A stretch of DNA of 14,759 nucleotides from Nannocystis sp. (GTDB taxonomy: Bacteria > Myxococcota_A > Polyangia > Nannocystales > Nannocystaceae). The notes under the pieces are model-generated. The model did no database searches and had not been told where the DNA came from. It saw nothing but the letters and a program-made list of their open reading frames with translations. Shown piece after piece: positions 1-10,785 of this stretch. Both the position numbers and the translations under genes were made by a program. The stretch lies in contig JBGAUO010000119.1 in the NCBI GenBank assembly GCA_044228605.1, forward strand, positions 1-14,759, given 5' to 3'. Within the stretch, counting starts at the first letter, position 1. Every line of letters starts with the position of its first letter.

Positions 1-63
1 CCCGTTATCAGAGTTACATCGACGCGGTCGCCGGCGGGGCCGACGACCTGCTGCGCTGAGGTC

Positions 64-1683
64 TCACGGGGCGTACTTGGTGAGCCAGACGTCGGCGAAC
101 TGGCCGACGCGGTACTCCTCGCCGGCGGCGTAGATGTTGCCGGTCTTGTCGATGGCGACGGCGCGGGCGATGTCGTTGCCGGCGTCGACGCCGTCGTGGA
201 TCTGCGTCCACAGCTCGCCGCCTTCGGGGTTGTATTTGCGGACCCAGGTGCGGGCGAAGTCGTTGGCGGTGTACTCCTCGCCGACGGAGATCAGGTTGCC
301 GGTGAGGTCGAAGGCGACGCCGTGGCCGATGTCGTTGTCGCCGCCGTCGCTGTCCTGGATCTGCGACCACAGCTCGGAGCCGCCGGCGCTGTACTTGGCG
401 GTGAGGATCGCGGACAGGCCCGCGACCTCGTAGACCTCGCCGGAGAGGCCGATGTTGCCGTCGGCGTCGATGGCGATGCCGTGCCACAGGTCGTTGCCCT
501 TCATGTGGTCGGCGCTGTGGGTCCACAGCTCCTTGCCGGCGGCGGAGTACTTGCGCAGCCAGAGGTCGGCGAGGCCGATCGGGACGTAGATGTTGCCGGC
601 GACGACGAGGTCGCCGTCGGCGGTGAAGGCGACGGCGTTGCCGGCGTCGTTGCCGGCGTTGGCGTCGAAGCTGTCGCTCCAGATCTCGACGCCGTCGGGA
701 TCGAGGAGGCCGGTCCAGACGTTGTGCAGGCCGATGAGCTTGTACTCCTCGCCGGTGACGGCGATGTTGCCCTGCGGGTCGACGGCGACGCCGAAGGCGC
801 GGTCGCCGAAGCCGGTCCCGCCGCTGTGGGTCAGCTGCCACACGGGCTTGCTGTCGGGGCCGAGCTTGAGGAAGAGCATGTCGGCGCCGTTGCCGGCGAC
901 GTTGGTCTCACCGACCATGACGAGGTCGTTGTCGGGGGTGACGGCGACACCGTAGAGGATGTCGGTGCCGTTGGTCTCGCTGTTCCAGGCGTAGCTCCAC
1001 AGGATGTCGCCGGCGGGGCTGTACTTGCGGGCCCAGGCGTTGGCGTTCTGGCCGACGACAAACTCCTCGCCGACGATGATCACGTTGCCCTCGGCGTCGA
1101 CGGCCGCCCCGTGGGCGCGGGCGTCGCCTGCGTCGTCGCCGGGGTAGTACTGCGTCCACAGCTCGGAGCCGGAGAGGATGCAGTCGACGTTGCAGCCGTC
1201 GCCGTCGACCTGGTTGCCGTCGTCGCAGGCCTCGCTGCCGTTGACGATGGTGTCCTGACAGTGCGGGCCGAGGGCGCTGCAGTCGGGGGCGCAGCCGCCG
1301 TAGCTGCCGTCGTTGGTGCCGTCGTCGCAGATCTCGCCCTCGCCGATGTTGCCGTCGCCGCAGACGGTGTTGGGGCACTCGCAGGGGCCAAAGCCGGCGC
1401 CGGCGGGGTCGCAGACCTGGACGCCGCTGTGGTCGGGGTCGCACATGCAGGGCTGCTGCTCGTCGGGCTGGCAGACGGGGTCACCGCTGCTGCCGCTGTT
1501 GCTGTTGCTGTTGCTGTCGCTGGTGGTCGGGACGTCGCCGGTGGGGCTGTCGGTGGTGCCGTCGGTGCTGTCGGTGGTGCCGGTGCCCGAGGCGGAGGCG
1601 CTGGCGGATGCGGTGACGGAGCTGTCGTCGCCACAGGCGGTGAGGAGCAGGGCGGTGGCGAGGGCGACGTGGGAGCGAGACAT
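64..1683 (-). CDS. Secreted lipoprotein with Myxococcus-type cysteine-rich repeats and C-terminal beta-propeller repeats. Start is placed at the ATG at 1683; the ORF track extends to a GTG at 1692.
   Basis: From the ATG at 1683 the N-terminus reads MSRSHVALATALLLTAC|GDD, a classic lipoprotein signal peptide with a lipobox Cys. It is followed by a Ser/Thr/Gly/Asn-rich linker. Next come several CxxDxxxxxxC / CGDGxxxxGExCDDGN units, matching the Myxococcus cysteine-rich repeat (TIGR02232-like). After that there are about eight repeats of the form ELW..Y.....D.A.AVA.D..GNI.V.GEEY, typical of SBBP-type beta-propeller repeats. Amino-acid composition is balanced, unlike the overlapping shadow ORFs. 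Confidence 0.8.
   Translation of the reverse strand: MSRSHVALATALLLTACGDDSSVTASASASASGTGTTDSTDGTTDSPTGDVPTTSDSNSNSNSGSSGDPVCQPDEQQPCMCDPDHSGVQVCDPAGAGFGPCECPNTVCGDGNIGEGEICDDGTNDGSYGGCAPDCSALGPHCQDTIVNGSEACDDGNQVDGDGCNVDCILSGSELWTQYYPGDDAGDARAHGAAVDAEGNVIIVGEEFVVGQNANAWARKYSPAGDILWSYAWNSETNGTDILYGVAVTPDNDLVMVGETNVAGNGADMLFLKLGPDSKPVWQLTHSGGTGFGDRAFGVAVDPQGNIAVTGEEYKLIGLHNVWTGLLDPDGVEIWSDSFDANAGNDAGNAVAFTADGDLVVAGNIYVPIGLADLWLRKYSAAGKELWTHSADHMKGNDLWHGIAIDADGNIGLSGEVYEVAGLSAILTAKYSAGGSELWSQIQDSDGGDNDIGHGVAFDLTGNLISVGEEYTANDFARTWVRKYNPEGGELWTQIHDGVDAGNDIARAVAIDKTGNIYAAGEEYRVGQFADVWLTKYAP
1486..1524 (-). repeat. Imperfect hexanucleotide microsatellite (GCTGTT)n inside the lipoprotein gene, encoding the (Asn-Ser)n part of the low-complexity linker.
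   Basis: Three perfect GCTGTT units occupy 1495-1512, flanked by the degenerate units GCTGCT, GCTGTC and GCTGGT. Read on the coding (minus) strand this gives AACAGC repeats, i.e. SNSNSNS in the protein. Confidence 0.5.
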
Positions 1684-1696
1684 CGCCCGCACGATA

Positions 1697-4120
1697 TCAC
1701 GCGCTCGCGGGGAGGCTGAGGGGGCGGGCGCGGCCGACCTCGGGGTGGTCGCTCAGGATCTCGTCGAAGGCGACGGGGTTGGCCTCCTTGATGGCACCGC
1801 CGGGGGCGTCGGGGCTGCCGATGAGGGCCACGACGCCGCGGACCGAGCCGTAATAATTGCTGCTCGCGTGGTCGACGTCGTCGATGCAGCGGCGGACCAG
1901 GGAGCGTGAGAGGCGGGGCAGGGCCAGCATGTCGAGGGCCTGCTCCCACAGGCCGTCGAGCAGGTTGGGGTCGGCGGGGAATTCGAGCAGGCCGGCGAGC
2001 AGGAGGAGGAGGCCTGCACGCTGGCCGCCGCGGGTGTCGAGCGGGGCGTCGGCGAGGTAGCCGAGATCGACGGCGCGCCAGTAGGCGTCGGCGGCGATGA
2101 GCAGGCGCTTGAGCTCCTGGGCGCTGTGGGCCAGGCTGGCGTGGAACATGACCTCGGCGCGCAGGCTGTCCTTGCCGCGCGGGTCGGGGATGTAGCGGAC
2201 GACGGCGGGGGCGCGGCCGAGGTCGACCAGCGGGCCCGGCCGGGTGGGCTTGCCGGCCGGGACGTCGCGGGGCGGGTCGACGGCGTCGTAGAAGCCGGCG
2301 GCGGCGAACACGTAGAAATTCTCGGCCTGGCCGGGCAGGCCGTCCCACAGCTCGGAGTACTGGGCGACGCGGTTGAGGCTGCCGGCGGCCCAGTTGAGGC
2401 CGCGGGCCGCGTCGCCGCCGATCTGCGAGGCGGCGACGCCGGGGCTCTTGGGGGTCGCAGAGTCGCGGATGGCCTCGGCGATCTCGACGACGCGGAGGTC
2501 GAGGAAGCCGTCGTAGAAGTCGGCCTTGCCGTCGCGGTTGATGTCCTCGTAGCGGGCGACGACGGCGGGGTGGGCGGGGCCGATGAACTGCACGAAGTCG
2601 GGCGAGCGGCTCTGCTTGTGGTGCCACTGCGCCTTGCGCAGCCGGACGTCGATCGCGGCGAAGTCCTCGCTGGCGGCCATGCCCCGGAGGATCGCCATGA
2701 AGCAGTCGATGCCCTCGCTGGCGGTGGTCTCGTCGTTGGCGCCGGTGTTGAAGTAGGTGCTGTCCCAGGAGGAGTAGATGTCGGCGTCGGGGAACTGCCG
2801 CGAGATCGCGAAGCGGGTGGTGAGGCCCGCGCACTGGCAGTTCATCATCAGCTTGTAGCCGACCTGCGTGACCTGGGTGAGCGCGGCCCGCATGTCGAAG
2901 GCGCCGAGGTTGGCGTGGCGGCTGATGAGGAGGCCGGTGAAGTAGGCGTTGCCCATCTCCGTGTTCTCGTCGCGCGGCGAGGCGGCGCGGGCAAACAGCT
3001 GGATCGTCTGACCCGCGGGGCCGGTGAAGGGGGCTTGCAGGACCTGATAGCCGTCGCCCCACGGGAGCGGGCTTGCGGGGGCGCCCTCGGGGGTGGGGAT
3101 CTTGGTGAAGCCGTACTTGGTCTGCAGGATCTTGAGCTCGCCGGGGAAGAACTCGGGCGCGGAATTGAGGACAAAGCGCCAGGGGCCGGTGAGCTCGGCG
3201 TAGGGCGGGGCGGCGCGACGAAGGCCGCGCAGGAGCGCCTCGGCCTGCTTCTGATCGTCGGGGCGCAGGGCCGGGCCGCGCATCGCCAGCAGCGAGATGG
3301 CGTGGGCCCGCAGCTCGGGGCGCGCGCCCGGGCCGGTCTCGGCGGCGATCAAGGCGAAGATGCGGGCGGCGGCCTGGTCGGCGACGGCGCGGAAGCTCGG
3401 GTCCTTGAGGACGGTGGCGACGATGTGTGAGAGGACGGTGAGGGCGGCGGAGCGCAGCTGGGCGGCGTCGATCGGGTCGATGTTGGCGGCCCCGGGGGCG
3501 GCGGCTGTCAGGATGGCGTTGAGCTGGGCGAGCAGGGCCTGGGCCTGGGTCGCGCTCAGATGCTCGGGGCGCAGGGCCTCCTCGGGGTGGAAGGGGCTGG
3601 CGGGGAACAGGCACTCGAAGCTGGTCGTGCGCCGGGTCGAGACCCAGCGGGCGGCGGTGACGAGCACCGGGAGGGCGTCGAGCCACACCGGGGCGGGGCC
3701 CGCGGCGTGGCCGGAGAGGGTGCCGTCGGCGAGCAGGAAGAGGGGAGGGGCGCCGTTCACGGAGGCGGTGAGATCGAGGGCGCTGCGCGGGGGCTCGGGG
3801 GTCGCGGTCGGGTGCGGGACCTTCCCGCCGATCGCCGAGAGGGTGCGGCGCACGCTGGTGCTGCGCCCGGCGAACTGGACCTGCACGCGCTTGCCGAGGG
3901 CGAGGGCGAGGACGTTGCGGGCCTCGCTCGGGGTCGGGCTCAGCTGCACGTGGTAGTCGCGCTCGCCGAGCAGGAGCAGGTGCAGGCCGGCGGCGGCGCG
4001 GGCGGCGTTGAAGCTCTTGCGCGCCGCGGAGCCGCTGGCGATGAGCTCGGCGGGGAAGGTGTGAATGACCGCCACAAGGCCGTCGTGGTTGCGTACCTGG
4101 ACTTCGAGACGATTCGCCAT
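1697..4120 (-). CDS. Hypothetical protein, 807 aa, with no family I can recognise. The 13-nt spacing suggests it is co-transcribed with the downstream lipoprotein gene.
   Basis: Long ORF with balanced, non-repetitive composition, whereas the alternative frames are Arg/Pro-rich or Gly/Ala-rich. The ATG at 4118-4120 is preceded by GAGGG five to six nt upstream. The stop at 1697 lies only 13 nt from the lipoprotein start. Confidence 0.7.
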   Translation of the reverse strand: MANRLEVQVRNHDGLVAVIHTFPAELIASGSAARKSFNAARAAAGLHLLLLGERDYHVQLSPTPSEARNVLALALGKRVQVQFAGRSTSVRRTLSAIGGKVPHPTATPEPPRSALDLTASVNGAPPLFLLADGTLSGHAAGPAPVWLDALPVLVTAARWVSTRRTTSFECLFPASPFHPEEALRPEHLSATQAQALLAQLNAILTAAAPGAANIDPIDAAQLRSAALTVLSHIVATVLKDPSFRAVADQAAARIFALIAAETGPGARPELRAHAISLLAMRGPALRPDDQKQAEALLRGLRRAAPPYAELTGPWRFVLNSAPEFFPGELKILQTKYGFTKIPTPEGAPASPLPWGDGYQVLQAPFTGPAGQTIQLFARAASPRDENTEMGNAYFTGLLISRHANLGAFDMRAALTQVTQVGYKLMMNCQCAGLTTRFAISRQFPDADIYSSWDSTYFNTGANDETTASEGIDCFMAILRGMAASEDFAAIDVRLRKAQWHHKQSRSPDFVQFIGPAHPAVVARYEDINRDGKADFYDGFLDLRVVEIAEAIRDSATPKSPGVAASQIGGDAARGLNWAAGSLNRVAQYSELWDGLPGQAENFYVFAAAGFYDAVDPPRDVPAGKPTRPGPLVDLGRAPAVVRYIPDPRGKDSLRAEVMFHASLAHSAQELKRLLIAADAYWRAVDLGYLADAPLDTRGGQRAGLLLLLAGLLEFPADPNLLDGLWEQALDMLALPRLSRSLVRRCIDDVDHASSNYYGSVRGVVALIGSPDAPGGAIKEANPVAFDEILSDHPEVGRARPLSLPASA

Positions 4121-4261
4121 GTTGCCCTCAGCTCCGGTTCGGGCGCATCGTACCGTGATCCAGCGGGCGCCGCATGGCCAGGAGCCCGGGCGGATCCGGG
4201 CGAGTCGGGCGAGTCGGTACGACTTCGCCCGCGGCGAGCGGTGTCGTGAGCTGTCGGCTTG

Positions 4262-4284
4262 GACATGTCTGTAGGGACATGTCC
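4262..4284. promoter_or_regulatory. Two tandem copies of the palindrome GACATGTC (the second extended to GGACATGTCC), 14 bp centre to centre, in the spacer between the 332 aa and 807 aa genes.
   Basis: The sequence is ggacatgtc tgtag ggacatgtcc. Each half is self-complementary, and the two halves also complement each other, so the region can form a 9-bp hairpin in RNA or present two dyad-symmetric protein-binding sites. It lies immediately 3' of the 332 aa stop and about 140 nt 5' of the 807 aa start. No U-tract follows on the transcript strand. Confidence 0.3.
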
Positions 4285-4290
4285 TGGAGG

Positions 4291-5289
4291 TCAGGCGAGT
4301 AGTCTGTCGAGCCAGGTCGCGAAACCAGGCTCGCGAAACAGGCGGCCGAGGTGGTGGTCCAGCTCGGCGTGCAGCGGGGCGCGCCAGGCCGCGACGAGGG
4401 CGGGGTCCAGGAGCTCGCCGAGGCTGCGCGACTCGAGCTCGGCGAGCAGCGAGCGCAGGACGCCGGTGGCCTCGTCGGCGAGGCGGTCCCAGTGGGCGAG
4501 GGCGTGGGCGGCGGCGTGGAGGTCGCTGGCGAGCGCCCGGGGGTCGAGCTTTTGTCGCTCGCGGAGGAACACGGGCTCGGGGAGGGCGAGGACGGAGCGG
4601 AGGGCGTCGCCGCGCCAGGCGGCCATGTCGCCGGCGAAGCGCGGGTCGGTGGTGCGCTCGACGATCATGTCGAGGGCGCGACCGAGAGCGTCGTCGACGA
4701 AGTTGCGGACGCGATCCTCGAGCTGGCGCTCGACCTCGGCGCCGACGACGGAGGCGACGCCCTTGGCGACGCCCATGAGCTTCGAGCGGATGCCGGCGCC
4801 GGGGATCCAGCCGGTGTCGGGCATGGCGGTGCGCAGCCGGGTGGCGAAGTCGAGGAGGGTGGTCTGCAGGACGCTGCGCACGAGCGCGCGCATGCCGGCG
4901 TGGTCGACGGCGGCGCGCACGAGCTCGCGGCTGGGCGTGAAGGGGCGGCGCAGGGCGGTCTGGAGGGCGCGCTGGAGCTCGGGTGGGAGGCGATCGGCGA
5001 GCGGTCCTGGGCGGGCGCGCGCGGCGGCCTGGCGGCGGGTGATCACGGCGGCGAGCTGCTCTGGATCGATCGCGGCGACGCTGGCTCGCAGGCCGGCGAT
5101 GAAGGCGGGGACGATGCGCTCGGGCGCGATGAACTCGCGGACGGGCGTGGCGAGCACGGCGTCGAAGATCACGCCCGCGAGCTCGGTCGCAAACGCAGGC
5201 TGGTCGCGCAGGCGCGCGAGGGCATCGGTGGCAGACGACACGCCGCTGCTATAGCAGGCCTGGCACGGGCTGAGATACGCTGGGTTCAC
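4291..5289 (-). CDS. Hypothetical protein, 332 aa, predicted helical, unknown function. The GTG start is uncertain.
   Basis: The minus-strand frame has a balanced composition (L/A/R/D/E/F/I), while both overlapping plus-strand frames are Arg/Ser-rich or Gly-rich shadows. A GTG start at 5287-5289 has no obvious RBS, so the true start may lie downstream. The gene sits upstream of the 807 aa gene, separated from it by a 170 bp spacer. Confidence 0.55.
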   Translation of the reverse strand: MNPAYLSPCQACYSSGVSSATDALARLRDQPAFATELAGVIFDAVLATPVREFIAPERIVPAFIAGLRASVAAIDPEQLAAVITRRQAAARARPGPLADRLPPELQRALQTALRRPFTPSRELVRAAVDHAGMRALVRSVLQTTLLDFATRLRTAMPDTGWIPGAGIRSKLMGVAKGVASVVGAEVERQLEDRVRNFVDDALGRALDMIVERTTDPRFAGDMAAWRGDALRSVLALPEPVFLRERQKLDPRALASDLHAAAHALAHWDRLADEATGVLRSLLAELESRSLGELLDPALVAAWRAPLHAELDHHLGRLFREPGFATWLDRLLA

Positions 5290-5345
5290 GCACGCGGGCC
5301 CGGTGTTTGAGAACGCCGGGCCGAGACACGCGTTCGCCCGCCGCC

Positions 5346-6146
5346 ATGCAAAGCAGCACGCTCCCGATCGCCAGCCCGTGTCACGAGTCGTGGGACGCCA
5401 TGTCCGGAGAGGCGACGCAGCGCTTCTGCGGGGTGTGCCAGAAGGATGTGCACAACCTCTCGGCGATGGGTCACGACGAGGCGCAGGCGCTGCTGCGCGA
5501 GAAGGCCGGCCAGCACCTTTGTGTGCGCTACTCGGCGGAGTCGGACGGGACGCTGCGCTTTCGTGACCTGGTGCCGAAGGCGAGCCTGACGCGGCGGATC
5601 GTGCGGACGGCCTTCGCGGCGACGATGCTGGCCGCGTGTGCGCCGCACGGGGAGGGGCCGGCGCAGGAGCTCGGGCAGGCGATCATCGACTCGATCCGCG
5701 AGGCGACGGTGCCGACCAGCGATGGTGGTTGTGACTACACGACCGGGCCGTTCACGACCTTCCACCTGCCGCCGGGACACGTGCTGTGCAGGGACGCGGG
5801 GCCGTCGGTGGCGATCGAGGCGGGGCCGTACCAAACGCGGCACAATCCGCCGCCGCCGCCGCCGTTGATGGGCGCGGCGCCGTTGCGGGTGCAAGACTCG
5901 CCGCCATTGATGCGGATGGGCGAGGCGATGGCGGTGCCCGAGCACACGAGCCCATTCGAGCCCTGCGACCCCAAGCCGGGGTTCGCTCCGCCGCCGCCGC
6001 CGCTGCCGGGTGAGGTCCGCGACCAGGGGGAGATCGCGGTCCCGAGGCCGCCGGAGCGGCCGCCGGAGCGGGAGTTGATGGGCGCCGTGGCCGCGCCGGA
6101 GCCGGAGGCGGAGTTGATGGGGAAGATCGCGGCGCCGCAGGATTGA
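5346..6146 (+). CDS. Paralog A (266 aa): N-terminal Cys-rich putative zinc-ribbon domain, a single hydrophobic (membrane-anchor) segment, and a Pro-rich C-terminal tail with (E)LMG motifs.
   Basis: Start is set at the first ATG (5346) because it gives MQSSTLPIASPCHESWDAM..., which aligns with the paralog B N-terminus MHSDSVKIESPCHESWDAM.... Conserved cysteines sit in C-x15-C-x2-C...H-x6-H...C. A hydrophobic stretch IVRTAFAATMLAACAP follows. The conserved block GGCDYTTGPFTTFHLPPGHVLC comes next. The tail carries runs of five CCG (Pro) codons and repeated LMG. The ORF track's TTG start at 5307 would add 13 poorly conserved residues. Confidence 0.7.
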   Translation: MQSSTLPIASPCHESWDAMSGEATQRFCGVCQKDVHNLSAMGHDEAQALLREKAGQHLCVRYSAESDGTLRFRDLVPKASLTRRIVRTAFAATMLAACAPHGEGPAQELGQAIIDSIREATVPTSDGGCDYTTGPFTTFHLPPGHVLCRDAGPSVAIEAGPYQTRHNPPPPPPLMGAAPLRVQDSPPLMRMGEAMAVPEHTSPFEPCDPKPGFAPPPPPLPGEVRDQGEIAVPRPPERPPERELMGAVAAPEPEAELMGKIAAPQD

Positions 6147-6188
6147 TGGGCGCGAGAACCTCGGCGAGCGGCGCACGTTGAGGCAGGC

Positions 6189-6914
6189 ATGCACAGCGAC
6201 AGCGTGAAGATCGAGAGCCCGTGCCACGAGTCGTGGGACGCGATGCAGGGCGAGGGGGCGCGGCGCTTCTGCGGGGTGTGCCAGAAGGACGTGCACAACC
6301 TGTCGGCGATGGGCCACGACGAGGCGCGGGCGCTGCTGGCCGCGTCGGCGAAGCAGTCGCTGTGTGTGCGTTACACGAGCGAGGCCGACGGGACGCTGCG
6401 CTTTCGCGATCTGGTGCCGCGGGCGAGCCTGACGCGGCTGCTCGTGCGGACGGCGTTTGCCGCGGCGGCGCTGGCTGCCTGTACGCCGCACGGCGCGGCG
6501 CCGCTGCAGGGGCTCGGGGAGTCGATCATCGAGGCGCTGCGCGAGCAGGCGACGGCGAGCGAGGCCGGCGGCTGCGACCTGACGACGGGGCCGTTCACGA
6601 CCTTTCACCTGCCGCCGGGGCACGCGCTGTGCCAGGGGGTGGGTGAGCCGTGGCGCCCGCTGGAGGCGCCCGAGGTGCCGGAGGGGCGGGTGCCGGAGAT
6701 CGCGGACCAGCCGGAGCGCGAGGTGCAGGGGCTGCGGGTGGCGGCGCCGGAGCCGAAGCCAGAGATGGTGCCCTGCGATCCGCTGGCCGACGAGGACGGG
6801 GCGAAGGTGGTGCCGCCGACGCCGCGGCCGCCGACGCGAAAGATGGGGATGATGAAGCGGCCGCCGATGAAGGAGACGATGGGCGACGTGAAGCTGGCGG
6901 GCGACGAGCTTTAG
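6189..6914 (+). CDS. Paralog B (241 aa) of the upstream gene, with the same N-terminal Cys-rich domain and hydrophobic segment but a divergent Pro/Glu-rich tail.
   Basis: ATG at 6189 with GAGG five nt upstream. The first roughly 150 codons are about 85% identical at the nucleotide level to paralog A, for example the shared run gggacgctgcgctttcg and the conserved TTGPFTTFHLPPGH block. The tail diverges entirely (PEVPEGRVPEIADQPEREVQ ... RKMGMMKRPPMKETMGD). A 42 bp gap from paralog A suggests co-transcription. Confidence 0.75.
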   Translation: MHSDSVKIESPCHESWDAMQGEGARRFCGVCQKDVHNLSAMGHDEARALLAASAKQSLCVRYTSEADGTLRFRDLVPRASLTRLLVRTAFAAAALAACTPHGAAPLQGLGESIIEALREQATASEAGGCDLTTGPFTTFHLPPGHALCQGVGEPWRPLEAPEVPEGRVPEIADQPEREVQGLRVAAPEPKPEMVPCDPLADEDGAKVVPPTPRPPTRKMGMMKRPPMKETMGDVKLAGDEL

Positions 6915-6933
6915 GGTCGGCAGCCGGAGTGAG

Positions 6934-6968
6934 CTGTTCTTTGCGACCTGTTCTTTGTGACCTGTTCC
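6934..6968. repeat. Tandem 14-nt direct repeat CTGTTCTTTG(C/T)GAC, two copies plus a partial third copy (CTGTTCC), followed by an imperfect hairpin, in the convergent intergenic region between paralog B and the kinase.
   Basis: The sequence is gctgttctttgcgac ctgttctttgtgac ctgttccggaggacag. It sits in an AT-richer 81-bp gap between the two convergent stop codons at 6914 and 6996. The last unit overlaps the inverted repeat ctgttcc gg aggacag. Confidence 0.5.
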
Positions 6969-6995
6969 GGAGGACAGGATGGGGTGGCCGCGAGA

Positions 6996-10019
<3,024 letters not shown>

Positions 10020-10186
10020 CTCGCCCCGGTCGATGCGGGTGACGTCGGAGTCGTCCACGCCAGGATGATCCCCGAAATCCGCGGCTTTGGTGGGGGCGAT
10101 CCTGAACACCGGCGCAGGCGCTCGCTGCTTGCGTTCGCGCGGGGCCGCGGAGTAGGGTGGGCCCCCGTTATCCCCAGGAAACACTC

Positions 10187-10768
10187 GTGAAGCCGATCCA
10201 GATCTGTCAGCACCTTGGTCAGGGACACATCGACGCGTACTACGACGAGCTGTCCGGCAAGGAAGTCCGCGTCGTGCTCAAGGCGGGCGGTTGTAGCGTC
10301 AACGTCCCGGAGACCGCGTACACCCAGGCGGCCCGCCGTCGCGCGTGGCGCAAGCGTTTCGACGCCGAATTCACCGGGGGTAACGACCAGCTCGCGCTCG
10401 CGTTGCTGCTCGAATGGTTGATGCGCCACCACCGGAGCATGCTGGTCGACTACCTCGACTTCCTCGGCGTGAAGCACCGCCAGGGCGAGACCGACGAGGA
10501 CTTCTGCGCGACGCGCGAGGAGTCCAAGCTGCGCGAGGGCGTGGCGGAGCTGCTCAAGAAGTACCCGCCGGCGCACGTGGCGACCTACCTGCTGCTGGTC
10601 GGTCACCTGCAGGAGACGCCGGTGTTCGATCAGACGCCCGAGGTGCTGACCTCGCTCGGCATGGCGGCCGACGCCGCGGCGAAGTACGTGGAGGAGCACA
10701 AGGCCAGCTACAAGCCGAGGGCTCAGCGCTCGCCGACGCCGATGATCACCACCGCTCCGGCGGCGTGA
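10187..10768 (+). CDS. Hypothetical protein (193 aa from the GTG at 10187), unknown function. It is the first gene of a plus-strand cluster that ends with the MVP homolog.
   Basis: AGGAAA lies 6 nt upstream of the GTG at 10187. Composition is balanced and non-repetitive (e.g. LALALLLEWLMRHHRSMLVDYLDFLGVKHRQGETDEDF). The gene is divergent from the kinase. The ORF track's longer GTG start at 10157 is possible but lacks an RBS. Confidence 0.55.
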   Translation: MKPIQICQHLGQGHIDAYYDELSGKEVRVVLKAGGCSVNVPETAYTQAARRRAWRKRFDAEFTGGNDQLALALLLEWLMRHHRSMLVDYLDFLGVKHRQGETDEDFCATREESKLREGVAELLKKYPPAHVATYLLLVGHLQETPVFDQTPEVLTSLGMAADAAAKYVEEHKASYKPRAQRSPTPMITTAPAA

Positions 10769-10785
10769 GTCAGGAGACGCACGCG

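Noticed and set aside
14-841. 275 aa minus-strand ORF that is extremely Arg-rich
   Set aside because: It is an alternative frame inside the lipoprotein gene. The Arg/Pro/Gln low-complexity composition is typical of off-frame translation of GC-rich coding DNA.
196-1719. 507 aa plus-strand ORF
   Set aside because: It is antisense to the lipoprotein gene. The Gly/Ala/Val/Asp low-complexity composition and absence of motifs mark it as a shadow ORF.
2126-3430. 434 aa plus-strand ORF
   Set aside because: It is an antisense shadow of the 807 aa gene, with Gly/Ala/Glu/Val low complexity.
1080-3686. 868 aa minus-strand ORF
   Set aside because: It is an Arg/Pro-rich off-frame read spanning the 807 aa gene and the lipoprotein gene. 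The in-frame 1697-4120 ORF has normal composition and an RBS.
4259-5310. Two overlapping plus-strand ORFs (331 aa and 319 aa)
   Set aside because: They are antisense and off-frame shadows of the 332 aa minus-strand gene, being Arg/Ser-rich and Gly/Glu-rich respectively.
5346-5640. Zinc-containing anti-sigma (ZAS) domain in the tandem paralogs
   Set aside because: The canonical HxxxCxxC signature is absent, since the residue four positions before CxxC is Thr or Arg. The proteins are described only as Cys-rich putative metal-binding.
5286-6623. 445 aa minus-strand ORF across both paralogs
   Set aside because: It is an Arg-rich antisense shadow. The plus-strand paralogs show conserved motifs and paralogy that the minus frame lacks.
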